DNA of 63,757 nucleotides, filler included, from Collodictyon triciliatum (GCA_043381765.1; 42 parts of 42 records of this genome joined end to end with filler, not necessarily neighbours in it); one strand, 5' to 3'; positions 26,858 to 41,270 are shown, numbered from the whole stretch's first letter. A program made the numbers and translations. The notes: a model not told the origin generated them from the letters alone.

Positions 26858-27729
26858 ATTGAATAGGATTTTAGAAATATGCGTATATGTGTGATTGGAA
26901 TAAAGGGCAGGGACATCTCATATCGTCAAATGAAAGAAGAGCAGGTTGCTTTAGATGAATGGGTAATTTATGTGAGGGATAAGGCACTTTTGTAAAATAG
27001 TTACAAGTACATTTATATGCCATGACAATAGAACACTTGAAAAATTATATAGCCGATATCTCTTGGGAGAAGAAGTGAAGATAAAATAGAGGAAATAGAA
27101 GAGAAGAGAGAAGAAAGAAGAGAGAAGAGAGAAGAAAGAAGAAAGAAGAAAGAAGAAAGAAGAAGAAGAAGAAGAAAGAAGAAGAAAGAAGAAGAAAGAA
27201 GAAGAAAGAAGAAGAAAGAAGAAGAAAGAAGAAGAAAGAAGAAGAAGAAGAAAGAAGAAGAAAGAAGAAGAAAGAAGAAGAAAGAAGAAGAAAGAAGAAG
27301 AAAGAGGAAAGAAGAAAGAAGAAAGAAGAAAGAAGAAAGAAAAAGAANNNNNNNNNNNNNNNNNNNNNNNNNNNNNNNNNNNNNNNNNNNNTTAATTAAT
27401 TAANNNNNNNNNNNNNNNNNNNNNNNNNNNNNNNNNNNNNNNNNNNNTTGTTTTTTTGTTTTTTTTGTTTTTTTTGTTTTTATTGTTTTTTATTGTTTTT
27501 ATTGTTTTTATTGTTTTTATTGTTTTTATTGTTTTTATTGTTTTTATTGTTTTTATTGTTTTTATTGTCTTTATTGTTTTTATTGTTTTTATTGTTTTTA
27601 TTGTTTTTATTGTTTTTATTGTTTTATTTTTTTCTTGTTTTTACTGTTTTTATTGTTCTTATTGTTTTTATTGTTTTTGAGTTGTGATGACCAAGAGTAA
27701 AAATCTGATGTGTAATACAACCTCACAAG

Positions 27730-28660
27730 GTTAAAGAAGATGGCTCGAAGCAGCGGATGGGATGTAACGCTTATAGACCATCGGTGGAACGTTCCAGCAG
27801 ACGATTTCAGAACTCATGACGTGAGAAATAGCTTGCATGATATTGTCCTCTTATTTTACGTACCCATCGATTTAATGATGCCTGCATTTATTTATTTTTC
27901 AAGTCAGAATAAATTATTTACATCTTCTCGTGAGAGGAAAAATCGGCAAGTTTCGCCCTAATTATATGTGTTATGCTTGGAAGGTTGTTCGAAAATGTTT
28001 GCAAGGCGCCCTATCTTGCGACTACTTTGTAGTGATTTTAGGCTCCAGGTTTGTTTCATTTTAATCACTGAAAATTCCAACAGCCTTGAACCAAAGAGAC
28101 AGAGAGACAGAGAGACCGAGAGAGAAGAGAATTGCATATATAGCTACTCTAAGATATTCCTACTAAAATCAACAACATTTAAAGATACGACTGGTGTCCC
28201 GATGCAGAAAACAGGCATGAGTGGGATTCCTCCATAGAATCTGCATTTCCTTGGACAAAAGATTGCCGGGGGAAGAGCTTGGTTGAAATGGAGGTATTTT
28301 TTTCCCCTTTATTCAATTCAAAGTTGAAATAGAGATAGTTAATCATTCGAACTTAAGTGATGTCTGGTAAAGGACAACTTCATCTTGTTTAAATAGTAGA
28401 TTAAAGGAACCCCTATTCTCTACTTCCTTTTCTAAAAAAAAAAAAAAACTGGCTACGAATGTTCTCTACACTTAGCAGAATTCGTCCATTTCACCTTTGC
28501 TGAATGATTACAAATTATTTATTAATTATTCTTGCAGATAAACGGGGCAGTTTACGATTCGCAAAGTGTTGTTTCAAAATGCTTCTTTTTCATAAGACCG
28601 TCTGATATCTCTTCCAAGGTTCAAGAAAAATGGAGACTCCCGTCAGAAAGCTCCAAAGGG
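27730..28660 (+). CDS. DUF4062-domain protein (TEP1/NPHP3/NWD-type N-terminal domain), partial
   Basis: Exons VTLIDHRWNVP (cf. DLRWG), RYDWCP (cf. RYG.P), KSLVEME / INGAV..KCFFFIR (cf. S.TE.E..ffy.R). Confidence 0.65.
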
Positions 28661-29099
28661 GTAAGAGACAGCGAGAACGATAAAATTAAGACTCATCCAA
28701 GCATTCTATTCCATTTGAAATGAATATACTAGTTGGCTCTGTAGATTGCTTTAATGAAAGTCAAATCAATCGAAACTTATCCAAAATACTCTGTATTTTA
28801 TACTGGCCATTTTTCATAGAGAAATATGTTGCTCTCTCTATTGAAGCAAGTAGAGAATGAGTTTTCANNNNNNNNNNNNNNNNNNNNNNNNNNNNNNNNN
28901 NNNNNNNNNNNTTAATTAATTAANNNNNNNNNNNNNNNNNNNNNNNNNNNNNNNNNNNNNNNNNNNNAAAAGAAAAAGAAAAAGAAAAAGAAAAAGAAAA
29001 AGAAAAAGAAAAAGAAAAAGAAAAAGAAAAAGAAAAAGAAAAAGAAAAAGAAAAAGAAAAAGAAAAAAGGAAGGAGAGAAAGTGATTGATTGTTCAGTG

Positions 29100-29565
29100 T
29101 TTATTTTTTCTCGTTTTTATTATCATTTTACTCGTTTCTCGTGTTTCTTGTTTCTCGTTTATCGTTTCTCGTTTTTTCGTGTTTCGTTTCTCGTTTCTCA
29201 TGTTTCGTTTTTTGTTTCTCGTTTATTGTTTCTCGTTTATTGTTTCTCGTTTCTCGTTTCTTATTTCTCGTGTTTCGTTTCTCGTTTCTCGTTTCTCGTT
29301 TGTCGTTTGTCGTTTTTCGTTTCTCGTTTCTTGTTTCTCATGTTTCTTGTTTTTAGTGTTTCGTTTCTCGTTTCTCGTTTCTCGTTTCTCGTTTTTCGTT
29401 TCTCGTTTCTTGTTTCTCATGTTTCTTGTTTTTCGTGTTTCGTGTTTCGTATTTCGTGTTTCGTGTTTCGTGTTTCGTGTTTCGTGTTTCGTGTTTCGTT
29501 TCTTATTTCTTATTTCTCATGTTTTTTGTTTTTTCGTGTTTCTTGTTTCTTGTTTCTTGTTTTTG
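29100..29565. repeat. Degenerate (TTTCTCG)/(TTTCGTG) heptamer satellite
   Basis: Repeating 7-mers. Confidence 0.9.
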
Positions 29566-30487
29566 TATTTTTATTCACCCTACTCATCCGTCTTCTTTTC
29601 TCTTTGCTATGTGCTCTCTGAAGTATTTTCTCTCCTTTTTAACCTTCTATCACCTTTTTAAATTTATTTTCGTTGTTTGATTTCACAATATACACGCATG
29701 CTCTTTTATAGATCAATTTGTTTTATCTTTTCTTTCTGCCCATTTTTCTCTGCTATTCAATATATTCAATTTATATATGCCTTGTTTATGCTCTTATGAT
29801 TTTCTTTTGTTGTTTGCACTGTCATTTTGGTATGCTCTTTATTATTTAATAAATTTTTCTTATCCTTTCATTTTTATTCATAACCAAAACTATATAAAAG
29901 CCCATTGATCATTTTTTTCCATTCAGAAACAGCAACAAAAATAGCACCCTGCAAGTCGGGCCTTACCTCAATATACATGGGTGCATGTGTATGAGCTAAG
30001 AGCCCAGCTTCAGTACCAAGATCTCCATATTTATCCTAAACGTGCAACTGTCCTTAATCATGGTGCGATAAGTACCCCGGACTGTAATCAATATTTAAAA
30101 ACGTTGAATCAAATAAATGAAGAGAAATTACACTTTTTTTTATCCTTGCATATTTCTCTATGATATGTGTTACATACTCTTTGTTATATTATATATGCTC
30201 CATTATCTATGATCCATGCTCCATGCTCCATGCTCCATGCTCCATGCTCCATGCTCCATGCTCCATGATCTATTCTGTATGATCTATTCTGTATGCTGTA
30301 TGCTGTATGCTGTATGCTGTATGCTGTATGCTGTATGCTGTATGCTGTATGCTGTATGCTGTATGCTGTATGCTGTATGCTGTATGCNNNNNNNNNNNNN
30401 NNNNNNNNNNNNNNNNNNNNNNNNNNNNNNNTTAATTAATTAANNNNNNNNNNNNNNNNNNNNNNNNNNNNNNNNNNNNNNNNNNNN

Positions 30488-30582
<95 letters not shown>

Positions 30583-30759
30583 GTACGAAAGGCAAGATAA
30601 GTTGCTACTGAATCGTAATTAAGATTATTTATACATTCACAGTGCATAATAGAAATTCATGTATATTCCTTGAACAGACTTTTATCAGTCTGGATTGTAA
30701 CGGTGCGCTACGAGAAAAATATTATAATTTATCACATTGGTGTATAAAGTATGTTTTAC

Positions 30760-31906
30760 TTTCGGTAATATACTCCAGTTATTTGGCTGTGGTGTAAAGT
30801 CATAGATATTACTCCATGGGTTGATAAATGGATTCAAGCGAGACTTCTTGAAATGCTCTATTTGAATTACGATATATTGATAAGTTATTCTTTGATTTTG
30901 TCCGTTCGAAAAGTTTGTGCAGTAATTCAAAAGTGTTAGGAGAAACCTCTTAACAAGTCATAGTGAAATTCAAAGCAGCCAAATCTCATGTTCACAGATG
31001 ACTCAATGATGGGCTGGGTCAAAGCATATAACTTGATATCGACATCTTGGCAATCACGGGTTCTGAGAAAATGAAAAATTCTTTATGAGGAATATCGACA
31101 AAGTAGAGTTTGCTTCTTGATATGACGATTTCTTCAAGAGGTTCTTTACTTTACTTTGCTTCAATAAGATATTATGAATGTTGTATATTTTAAATATATT
31201 TTTCCCCCATTATTCAATTCAAACTATATCAACAATACACTACAAACCTAAATTGCTGACAGGCCACAATTATTTGACTGTTCTGAACATTCCGAATAAA
31301 TATACTGCAATTATGTAATGAATAGATTAAGAGAAAGGAATTCGCAGTATGAAATATCATAAAGCGTGATAAACAGTAGAGAAATAAGTATGACATGTTA
31401 CGAAATGTACATACAATCAAAAATATTCAATATCAGTAGTGTTTGTATCCATTAATATTCATGACCTAACCTGCCACCTATCGGCCCAATAAATATCCTG
31501 CAATCATTGCAGTGATCAATGGTGACCTGTGTCATGTGGTCCAAAAGGAATATATCGCATCCCTCACAATGGTCGATGATGAACTGAAGACCATCGATGG
31601 TTCTTTAAAAGATAAAGACATGGCCATATATATTTTTTAGAAAACAAGATAGATAGTCAAGAACTGATTGTGAGTGATGATTGGAAGCGAATATGGTGAA
31701 CATTTTTTAACAAAAAAAAATAATTATAACATCAATAGAAATAGAAATAGAAATAGAAATAGAACCCAGGCTCACGAATCAGCGTCTCCCCTGTCTTCTG
31801 GGAGAAAGTATAGTCCTTTGGGTCGGGCCTTGGTTTATCCCAACTGTACTGCTTCTTCTCCGGGGGAGCCGAAGCCGCACTTCCCGATTTCGCCTTTTCT
31901 TTCTCC
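30760..31906 (-). CDS. RP2: XRP2/RP2 (TBCC-domain Arl3 GAP), partial
   Basis: KQYSWDKPRPDPKDYTF / GLQFIIDHCEGCDIFLLDH..VTIDHC..IFIGP / IIVACQQFR / TRDC..TQPIIESS..FGCF / NPWSNIYDFTP. Confidence 0.92.
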
Positions 31907-33711
31907 NNNNNNNNNNNNNNNNNNNNNNNNNNNNNNNNNNNNNNNNNNNNTTAATTAATTAANNNNNNNNNNNNNNNNNNNNNNNNNNNNNNNNNNNNNN
32001 NNNNNNAAAAAAGAAAAGAAAAAAGAAAAGAAAAAAGAAAAGAAAAAAGAAAAGAAAAAAGAAAAGAAAAAAGAAAAGAAAAAAGAAAAGAAAAAAGAAA
32101 AGAAAAAAGAAAAAAGAAAAAAGAAAAGAAAAAAGAAAAGAAAGGAAAAGAAAAAAAGAAAAGAAACCGACATGTTATAGAAGCAGGCAAAAACGACCAA
32201 GTAAAATGGCAAAGAGCTTCCTTGTCTGTAGCAAGCGTACATATTGCTATCGATGATTGATTTTTTTTGAAGTAAATGTCACAACAAATGCATAAAAGAC
32301 CCAATATAATATTTACAGGGACAAATCGGAATAATTTTTTATCAAGAGACAAAAAAAGCCAACCTGAAGATACAAAGCAAAATCACTCCGATAAAAATGT
32401 TAACGATATTATCATATGTCGAAAACATAAAATGGTCGCTAAGCATCCCTTGTTGAATCTTATAGCGGAAGAAATGAAGTCAGACATGGGCGAACACAAG
32501 TTATTCAGATGTTTTGGGCGAATATGAAAAAAAAAATAGTGATGATGATTGGTATTTGTGTCAGCTTAATTGAACTTAGATGAAGTACCTTTCCAGCATT
32601 GATGGAGGGTGATACGTTGGTTTGTTTGGAGCCCTTTCCCTTACTAAATAACCCAGTTGAAGTCAGCAAAGGTCGTGGAATGATAATGAAATAAATCTTA
32701 ATTACACAGCTTAAAAAATGAATGCCGTTTTGGTATGTTTTGTGATAGCCACTTCGCATTCAATTAAGTAAACAAAATATTCAAGGCTGGACACATTTTT
32801 TTCAAAAAAGAAAGCTTCAGATTTAACATAATATTTTGTGTAGAGAACCTCTTAATAGGGGCGGAGTACTTTTCAATATCTTCTCGTTTCGGGGGCACGA
32901 TGAATTCGATTCTATATTTTTCATAGTTATAAAATAGACCAAGCTTGTACTATATATGATTGGAAAACAGAAATTATTATAGCAGCAGAGTGATAAAACA
33001 AAGTGTTAGCGATTAAGGTGTTAGCCTATTTCCATTTAAAACCTTTGAAAGTAATGTTGTTTGCTTTATATAGAAAAGATGATGTCTAGTTTGCTCACGC
33101 TTAGACAAGTAGTCGGTCTTACCCACTGACGAGGAGATGAGCCAAGTTCAGGTGTGGGGAGAACCGAACAATCACGAAAGAAATCACAATTGCAGTCGCA
33201 AAGTCAAAAGAAAGAATGCTTTGGTGGCTCTGACCGATCAAACGAAAAAAACGATTCAAGATTATTTAAGGCCTTAAGTAATTTTTTGGACAATTTTAAA
33301 GGACATTAGAAAAACAATTGACAAAAACAATAAAACAATAAAACAATAAAACAATAAAACAATAAAACAATAAAACAATAAAACAATAAAACAATAAAAC
33401 AATAAAACAATAAAACAATAAAACANNNNNNNNNNNNNNNNNNNNNNNNNNNNNNNNNNNNNNNNNNNNTTAATTAATTAANNNNNNNNNNNNNNNNNNN
33501 NNNNNNNNNNNNNNNNNNNNNNNNNAATATATTTAGATAGGGTATTAACCTGGTTTAATCTTTTTCCAGAGGCCTCGATATCACGTTTAACCTAGATTTT
33601 ATGTTGATTTGCATTAGACCCATCCTACGCTCATGCAGCAGACTTCGGACAATACAATAGTGAAAGTGTAAAGTGAATTAGCCGTATGAAAATGTGACTC
33701 GGACAAAAAAC

Positions 33712-34288
33712 CTTGGTAATGTGTAATATATTTTTTTATCACCTTGCCATAGTTTAACGTTATCAGAGCAATCAGCCAAACAGATGTCAGAGTCATCCCG
33801 AGTGACCATATAGCGCTTTCTGGAGACTGCTTTGCCACATCCGAGAGGTATGGCCAATAAAGCCCTCCAATATCATGGTCATATATTCTTGTTTGTATTT
33901 TATATTTTGTTTTTTTAGTGAAGATACTTAACAGATGAACATTGGTCGTTTAGCTCGGCACAGGAATTCTGGTATTATTAAAACTCAAACGCCAAGCAAG
34001 GGAGGGTCAAGAGCATGGCATAGATGGAAATAAAGATAACAGTAGAAGGAGAAGCCGAATGCAAAGAAACCTATTCAAGTAGATGGCGATGGACAAGGTA
34101 ACAAAGAAGGTTACGATGCCTGCAGCTGAAAAGAATCGGCTTGGAAAGGAGAAGGTGACGGAGCCAACTTCAGCCATCTTGGCCAGCTCCTTTTGCTGGG
34201 TTTTGAGACTGGGTGGCTCCTTGTGGGAGTCGCTCCCTTTTGGATTCGTCTTTGTCTGAGAGTAAGGATCGTGAATATGTGCCTCCAA
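33712..34288 (-). CDS. Frag1/DRAM/Sfk1-family membrane protein, N-terminal exons
   Basis: TM1 FFSAAGIVTFFVTLSIAIYL, then WPYLSDVAKQSPESAIWSLGM (PYISD..PES motif) and TM2. Confidence 0.75.
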
Positions 34289-34804
34289 AACTAATTAGCA
34301 ATTATTAGCATGATTTCCATAGAAGCCAAGGACATACAAACCTTCTTCCCTTGGGCCATGAAGCTCGGTCAAAGTATGCTGGGATCCCTGTTGACTCTAA
34401 CATAGCGAGAGAAGTGAGGAAAAAAGGTGGTAGATTTTTGGCTTTTGTTGGTAAGCGCTATTCATGGTTAAGCACAAGAATAGTCAGAAATGAACCCTCT
34501 ACTCTTGTTCGCCCTGATAGTTTTGAGCCTTTCCAGCGGTGTTGTTTTGGGAACCGACCTTGGGTTTCGTTCTTCTCTTTGCCGTCGATTCCTTCATGTC
34601 TCTGACTTTCCGCGATCCCAAGACTAAAGCGCAGTTTTTTTCTGTTTGTTTTTTATGGCATCGATTCGGCCGGAAACAAATCGCCCTGTGTTGGGTTTGT
34701 GGCTTGTGTGATTTAGTATATATTTGGAATATATCATTTGTATTTTATATTTATTTACTATACCAAATGAACCAATTTATTATATGAAATATTTTATAAA
34801 TATC

Positions 34805-34942
34805 AGCTACTTCCGAGGCACCGCACCCTACTTCTCAATATCTCTAACAGAGAGCTGTGGATAGGTGCGCGTGTAGTCCATGCAGCAACGACCTCCCCAG
34901 AATGCACCATGTGCCATAGCGAAGATGCTCTATCGAACACAC
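34805..34942 (+). mobile_element. LINE family B fragment (zinc-finger region)
   Basis: Nucleotide similarity to 51221-51360. Confidence 0.8.
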
Positions 34943-35359
34943 ANNNNNNNNNNNNNNNNNNNNNNNNNNNNNNNNNNNNNNNNNNNNTTAATTAATTAAN
35001 NNNNNNNNNNNNNNNNNNNNNNNNNNNNNNNNNNNNNNNNNNNTTTTGCAAGCAAGAGGGAGAAATCCCTTCGACAACCCCTACTGAAAAGACCCTAATA
35101 CGGTCTGGAAGGAGGTGAGTCAACCATGCAGAGAAGTCCTCTTTGCACTCGACCTAGTGCTTATCAAACGAACCTCACTTCTCTTTTCACCACCCTTTTC
35201 GACACCTTGCGCCATCAAAGCAGTATTCCCCCTCCTCCACCCAATCAATATCACCCGTCCCTTTTTTCTCATGCTCGTGGGACACTATCACGTGTCCCCA
35301 AAAGAAATCCATGCGTCTCTTATCAAGTCTTTCTTTTCCTTTTTTCCTTTATTTTCTTT

Positions 35360-36321
35360 TTAAATATCCCTGTTTTTTTTTCTATCTCCCACACATTCCC
35401 ACTTTGGAACTACATGTCTGATGGTTGAATGGTAGATTGTTGAGATGAGCTCAACAGCGAAGAAATTTGAAAGAGAAAAAAAGAGCAAGTCCTTGCTGCG
35501 TAGCCCGAAGTTGAAGAGCGTCAAGATGTTTGGGAGCTGCAGTTTGAGTATCATGTTGTCCCGCTTCTCAAAGTCCGTGATAAGCAGGTTTGCATATTTA
35601 TCACTGGTCAGGCGTCTGGTTGGGGCGGCCTAGATGTCTGACAGGACGTTGGCATCGGCCGCGGCCTGTGTTGGTGGAGGAAGTGTGTCAGAAAAATGGC
35701 ATGTGAAAAGCTGTGGTGTTAGGTAATGGCGAGTGGCTATGTACTTACAGGGTCGTACAGCTGCAGCTTTCGGAGGGCGTCGGCAAAGCTCAGCGTCATT
35801 CCTGGAAGTGTCTCTGCGTTATTCCACACTGGAAGAGCTGTGATGCTACGAGGCGCTCTCTTAATGGTCTGTCGGCCGTCCCACTCGACCCGGAGCCTCC
35901 ATAGATTCATGAGCGCTGTGATTTGTGGTGGGAGCTCCTCCATCTGCGTGTATCGTTGCCAACCAATTTCTTTTTTCAACATAAAAATATAATGGAAAAT
36001 AAATAAATAAAATTTTTATTCTGAAAGTCTAAACTGTTGAGCCCGTCTCAACAATCAAAATGAATATAAAATATATACCGGATTGTCACCAACGTCAAGA
36101 AATGTTAGACCAGTCAAACACGATATTTGTGCAGGCAGTGAAGATATCTGATTATTCCAAAGGCCCAATTCTTTCAAGTGGGTCAACAAGAAAACACCAC
36201 GCGGTACAGATGCTAACTCATTCCTTTCCAAGTCTAGACTTCCGAAGCTTGTTAAGGGGGTGATGGCGCGATGCCCCGTGATTTTCCGAAGCTCTTCTAA
36301 AAGCGCATTCCCGTCGGCCAT
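35360..36321 (-). CDS. Leucine-rich-repeat protein, spliced
   Basis: LDLERNELASVP..LKELGLWNNQISSLP..LDVGDNP / MEELPPQITALMNL; the 3' boundary is uncertain. Confidence 0.75.
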
Positions 36322-39300
36322 CGTGACAGAAGTGGGGCGGGGGCTGTTTGTGTGAGAGGACTGGTTGTGTGTGTGTTTGTTTGTTTGTTTGTTTGTTTGT
36401 TTGTTTGTTTGTTTGTTTGTTTGTTTGTTTGTTTGTTTGTTTGTTTGTTTGTTTGTTTGTTTNNNNNNNNNNNNNNNNNNNNNNNNNNNNNNNNNNNNNN
36501 NNNNNNTTAATTAATTAANNNNNNNNNNNNNNNNNNNNNNNNNNNNNNNNNNNNNNNNNNNNAAAAAACAAAAAAAAAAAAAAAGGACACCATAAAAAAA
36601 ACAAAAAAAAAAACAAAAACGTATATGGGCGGTGCAAAGAAGTATAGGGGGGGGGGGGGGGGGGGGGGGGGATTTACACCTCCATGAGTAGGCCATGAGG
36701 AGACGTCTGATTAGGAATTACACAAGATGAGGAGCAAATGATATTTTATTTCCTGCTTTACTATTTAATTTCTACTTGAAATATGATCATTTCATCTTGT
36801 CTTCATCTCCATCAGTATTGCATTTTGCTTCGTCATCCACGACCCAAATCTTTTCGCTAGGTTGTATCGAAGGGAGGTCAAATTCTCGCCCGTCTCCACC
36901 GCTCATAATATCATTCTGTTCATGAAATCGCTTTAGCATAAGAAATATCTTAAATGGTCATATATTGAGTGTTATGTCAATATATGGTATTATATATTTC
37001 AATGTATTAGCAGAAATATTCTTCTCTTAGCGGAATCTACTGCAAATATCATTCATGTATAACACGAAACATTCCCTTGTATGGCTTCACCCTCTTGCAC
37101 TTTGAATTGAGAAAAAGTAGATAAAAAAATAGATGAACCACATCAGTCGATGTAGACGAGAAATCGAAACGCACCCATTTCTCCTTGTTTGCCCATGTTT
37201 CTTCCTTTTTCCAGTACAGATCTTTGATAATATCCACAATAGACTGTAATGGAAGTGTAAGCGACCTCGAGCGGCTATAAGAGTGCATATGACTATGGGA
37301 CTGCCGTGATGCAAATGGACGAAATAATGGGATTCGGAATGTTCTATCCTCATGATGGAATCCGTCTTTTGAGTCTTGAAAAATATCTTGTTGAAATTGT
37401 GAAAACACGTGCGAGGATGGTGAAGGGCTTCGAGACGAATAAGGCGAATCGCATGGAGAATCTTAAATTACCAAAATTATTGTTTTTCAATAAAGAATTC
37501 TGATAATTTCATGCAAGTGGCGGATTTCATCTACCAACCCATGTATACATATTACGTGACTGGATCCGTTATGAAATGTCTCATATAATTACACTAAATG
37601 TTGTATTACCTTCTTTGCTCCTGTTTTCGAGAGACGAAGTCGGTTGTTCAGGAGACATCGTCAGTAAAGGTTGCCGGGAAGAAAGGCTGAGCGATAAGCG
37701 CTCTAATTGGCTTATCAGGGATTCTCCGAATGAATTAGCCAGCCCAGATGAATTCCTCAACAGAGCTAATAAAAATATAAAGTAGATATTCATATACATG
37801 TGAGTGAGATTGAAAATTACAGTATTAATAATAGTAAAATTTTAGTAATACTTTTAGTAATAATAATACTAATACTAATGATAATACTAATGATAATACT
37901 AATGATAATACTAATGATAATACTAATGATAATACTAATGATAATACTAATGATAATACTAATGATAATACTAATGATAATNNNNNNNNNNNNNNNNNNN
38001 NNNNNNNNNNNNNNNNNNNNNNNNNTTAATTAATTAANNNNNNNNNNNNNNNNNNNNNNNNNNNNNNNNNNNNNNNNNNNNAAAAAGGTATTGGGCTGCC
38101 TAGTGACATCAACTCGTATGAGATGGTCTTCTGGTCTATCTTGAATAAAGCATATTAGTATGAGCCACCACTATAGAATGAGGTCAGCACAAGAGCCATG
38201 GGCGGTGAATTTCCTCCTCTCTCCCATCGCATCATGTCCTTCATGACTCGCAGTTCTGAACCACAAACGCTGGGATAGAAAGTACGAAGCTCGCATCAAT
38301 TCCCGACAGATCAAGGCTGAGATCAAAGAGCTTCACCACCATCAAACCGGTTGTAATCCTGGTCACTCCAGGAATGGGCTTTGTCAGTGTCGCGGAAGCC
38401 GAAGAGTTTGTCACTTATCCCGAGAAGTCCACTACAAAGTTGCGTCCAAATCTGAAAATACAAATGAGATAAGCAACTCGAGTTTGATATCCTCATCGAC
38501 GAGCATGTGAGAGTTCTTATTTAGAGTTCAAGATCTTCCTCGCTCAAGCTGAACAGATATTAGAGGAGACCAGACAGTGGCAAGCTCGGCATTTCAAAAC
38601 CATCTCTCATTTCGTTTGTTATAATTTGCGGGTTTTGAGGCTTCTGCTCAGCCTCTCGTTGATTTCTGTCCTTATTGCCCATACATCCCTGACGCATACT
38701 CAGCATAATAATTATTCTGTCAGAAACTCTGCAGCTTTGCTTCTTTGTTGATACAATAGTAAGTGGGAAGGCAAAATAAAAAAAACTTTCATAACGCGTA
38801 AATATGAACAAAAGCAGATTAAACTGAAGCAAAATCATCCAAGTAATTCCATAAATAGGAATAATCTAAAATATACAAAAGCGGATATTATATAGTATGA
38901 TTAATTTTTTTGGACATTATTATTCGATTGATTTATTTTGTTGCAATTATTTGATTGCATGTACCATTAATTATTACGTTGTACAAATTTCACAGAATTT
39001 CATTACATGTTCGGTATTCAGAATGAACATCTCCACCACATGCGCTAATCAAGAACAACCCACAAGTTCAAGGAATCGGGGCTACTGAATGCTATGATGA
39101 TAGCATAAAATAGCTAATGACCCGAAACAGAACAGCAACGTTGGTTAAAATGGCGCTAGTTATCTAAAAGGTGCAGTGTCTTTTGTTCAGAATTAAGTCT
39201 ATTTCTTTGAATAATTCAAGAATTGTGGCTAATTTATCACCAAATTTGGAAAAAACAAAACTTTCTTCGCATTGGTTCTTATTTACTGAATTATAAGTTT

Positions 39301-39426
39301 TATTATCTGATTTCGAAAAATTCTAAGAATTCTCGTAGAAAACCAAAATTAATCAAATCTGGAAAATATAATTAATGTATTATTAAAATTTAAGGAAATT
39401 ATGGAGCTGATATATATATATTAAAT

Positions 39427-39456
39427 ACTAGCCGTGGTACCCGTGCATCGCACCGG
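39427..39456 (-). mobile_element. Helitron-type 3' terminus (GC-rich hairpin plus CTAG|T)
   Basis: Minus strand reads CCGGTGC-GAT-GCACGGG-taccacgg-CTAG-T. Confidence 0.65.
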
Positions 39457-41270
39457 AGATAGAAAAAAAAAGAAAAAAAGAAAAAAAGAAAAAAAGAAAA
39501 NNNNNNNNNNNNNNNNNNNNNNNNNNNNNNNNNNNNNNNNNNNNTTAATTAATTAANNNNNNNNNNNNNNNNNNNNNNNNNNNNNNNNNNNNNNNNNNNN
39601 ATACTAAGACAACATTGGATACCAAACTCGTTGAACAGCTTTCGATTCTTGACAATCATATATGTGAGCAACGGACCGATGGTTCGGCTGATAAATAAAC
39701 GTCGCACAAGTCGAAGATTGCAGTTCAATCCATGCAGATATCTTATCCAGTGACTTTTTCGATGTATTCTGGACAAATGGTTTATCACATTCAATTTAGT
39801 ATTTCTTGGAGAAATGGTTTGATTCAGTCCATTATATTGACATATTAAGACTTATTTTAAAATGAATATTTGGTTTACGGAAGTAATGTCGCGATTGCTT
39901 GGACAACGGAATCGCTTGTGTCAATATAATAAGGCGAATGATGTCCCCCGTCACCAGCTATGTACAAGCAGGGTAAGTAAGTCGCACATAATGCCATTCA
40001 TGGTCGGTGTGATGCGAAAAGGGGGCGCATATTTCGATCCAATGACATGATTAAATAGATAATATAATTGAAACCAAAAAAGAAAAAAGAAAAAAGAAAA
40101 AAGAAAAAAGAAAAAAGAAAAAAGAAAAATATAAAAAAAGAAAAAAAGAAAAATATAAAAAAAACCTAAGACCAGGGTAACAGGGAGATACGAAGTTTCT
40201 GGATTGCGCGTATTGTAGTCTAACACATCGACCCACTAAATATATTTTGCAGAGAACTGTCAATATCACGGTTTTCTGCTGCTATAAGGCAAATATCTGA
40301 CGCTGAAATTAATAAGATATTAAAAAAAGTCATCAGTTTTCATGATTTTTTTACAAGATAATAAAGTATGAGAATGTGTGAAAAATATTTTAATAGAAAA
40401 TAAATAAATAACAATTATCTAAATGGAATTTTATTACAGCTAAGGAGTAATTGTTGCACTGCCCGAATTTTAAAGATGACATAAAAGTCCGAGATATGGT
40501 TTCGCTGATGAATTTGTTGTCATATTGATGTTCGCAGTAATCCCTCAAAAGTTCAGCACGCTTCCTCCTTTTATTGTAAATCCATAGCGCAGCTATTGGA
40601 TATATCCATCGAATCACACTGTAAATCTGAATATCAAAATACACTAAGTGTTGATTTATTTTTCATGAGATTATTATCCATAAGGATTATTGGCAGGGCT
40701 GCCAAGAGCTAAGGTTGTCGTGAATAAAAAGAAAAAACTGTACAAAAAATCTTCTGAGCATCCAATATAGGAGAAAAAAAATATATCTCGTTCGATGATT
40801 GAAATCATTACGCGTATCTCTGTTTCAGTCCAAGCGCTCACTCGCGCACATTCATCACAAAATGATTGATACTCAGCTTCGTCAAAATTGGCAGTGTTTT
40901 GTTTTTTTGGGTAGAATCTACAGTGAAGACAAAAAGAAAGGTTTATCAAATTCTAAATTATTGCGAGTTGACAAAGAGAAAAGAGAAAAGAAAAAAGAGA
41001 AAAGAGAAAAGAGAAAAGANNNNNNNNNNNNNNNNNNNNNNNNNNNNNNNNNNNNNNNNNNNNTTAATTAATTAANNNNNNNNNNNNNNNNNNNNNNNNN
41101 NNNNNNNNNNNNNNNNNNNAAAATAAAATAAAATAAAATAAAATAAAATAAAATAAAATAAAATAAAATAAAATAAAATAAAATAAAATAAAATAAAATA
41201 AAATAAAATAAAATAAAATAAAATAAAATAAAATAAAATACTTGCTTTTGAATCTATCCGCCGTGCTGTA

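Noticed and set aside
32007-33425. Probable exon fragments here and in contigs at 1528, 13735, 36563, 38082, 39601, 42639, 59323
   Set aside because: No recognisable family or consistent spliced frame could be established by eye.
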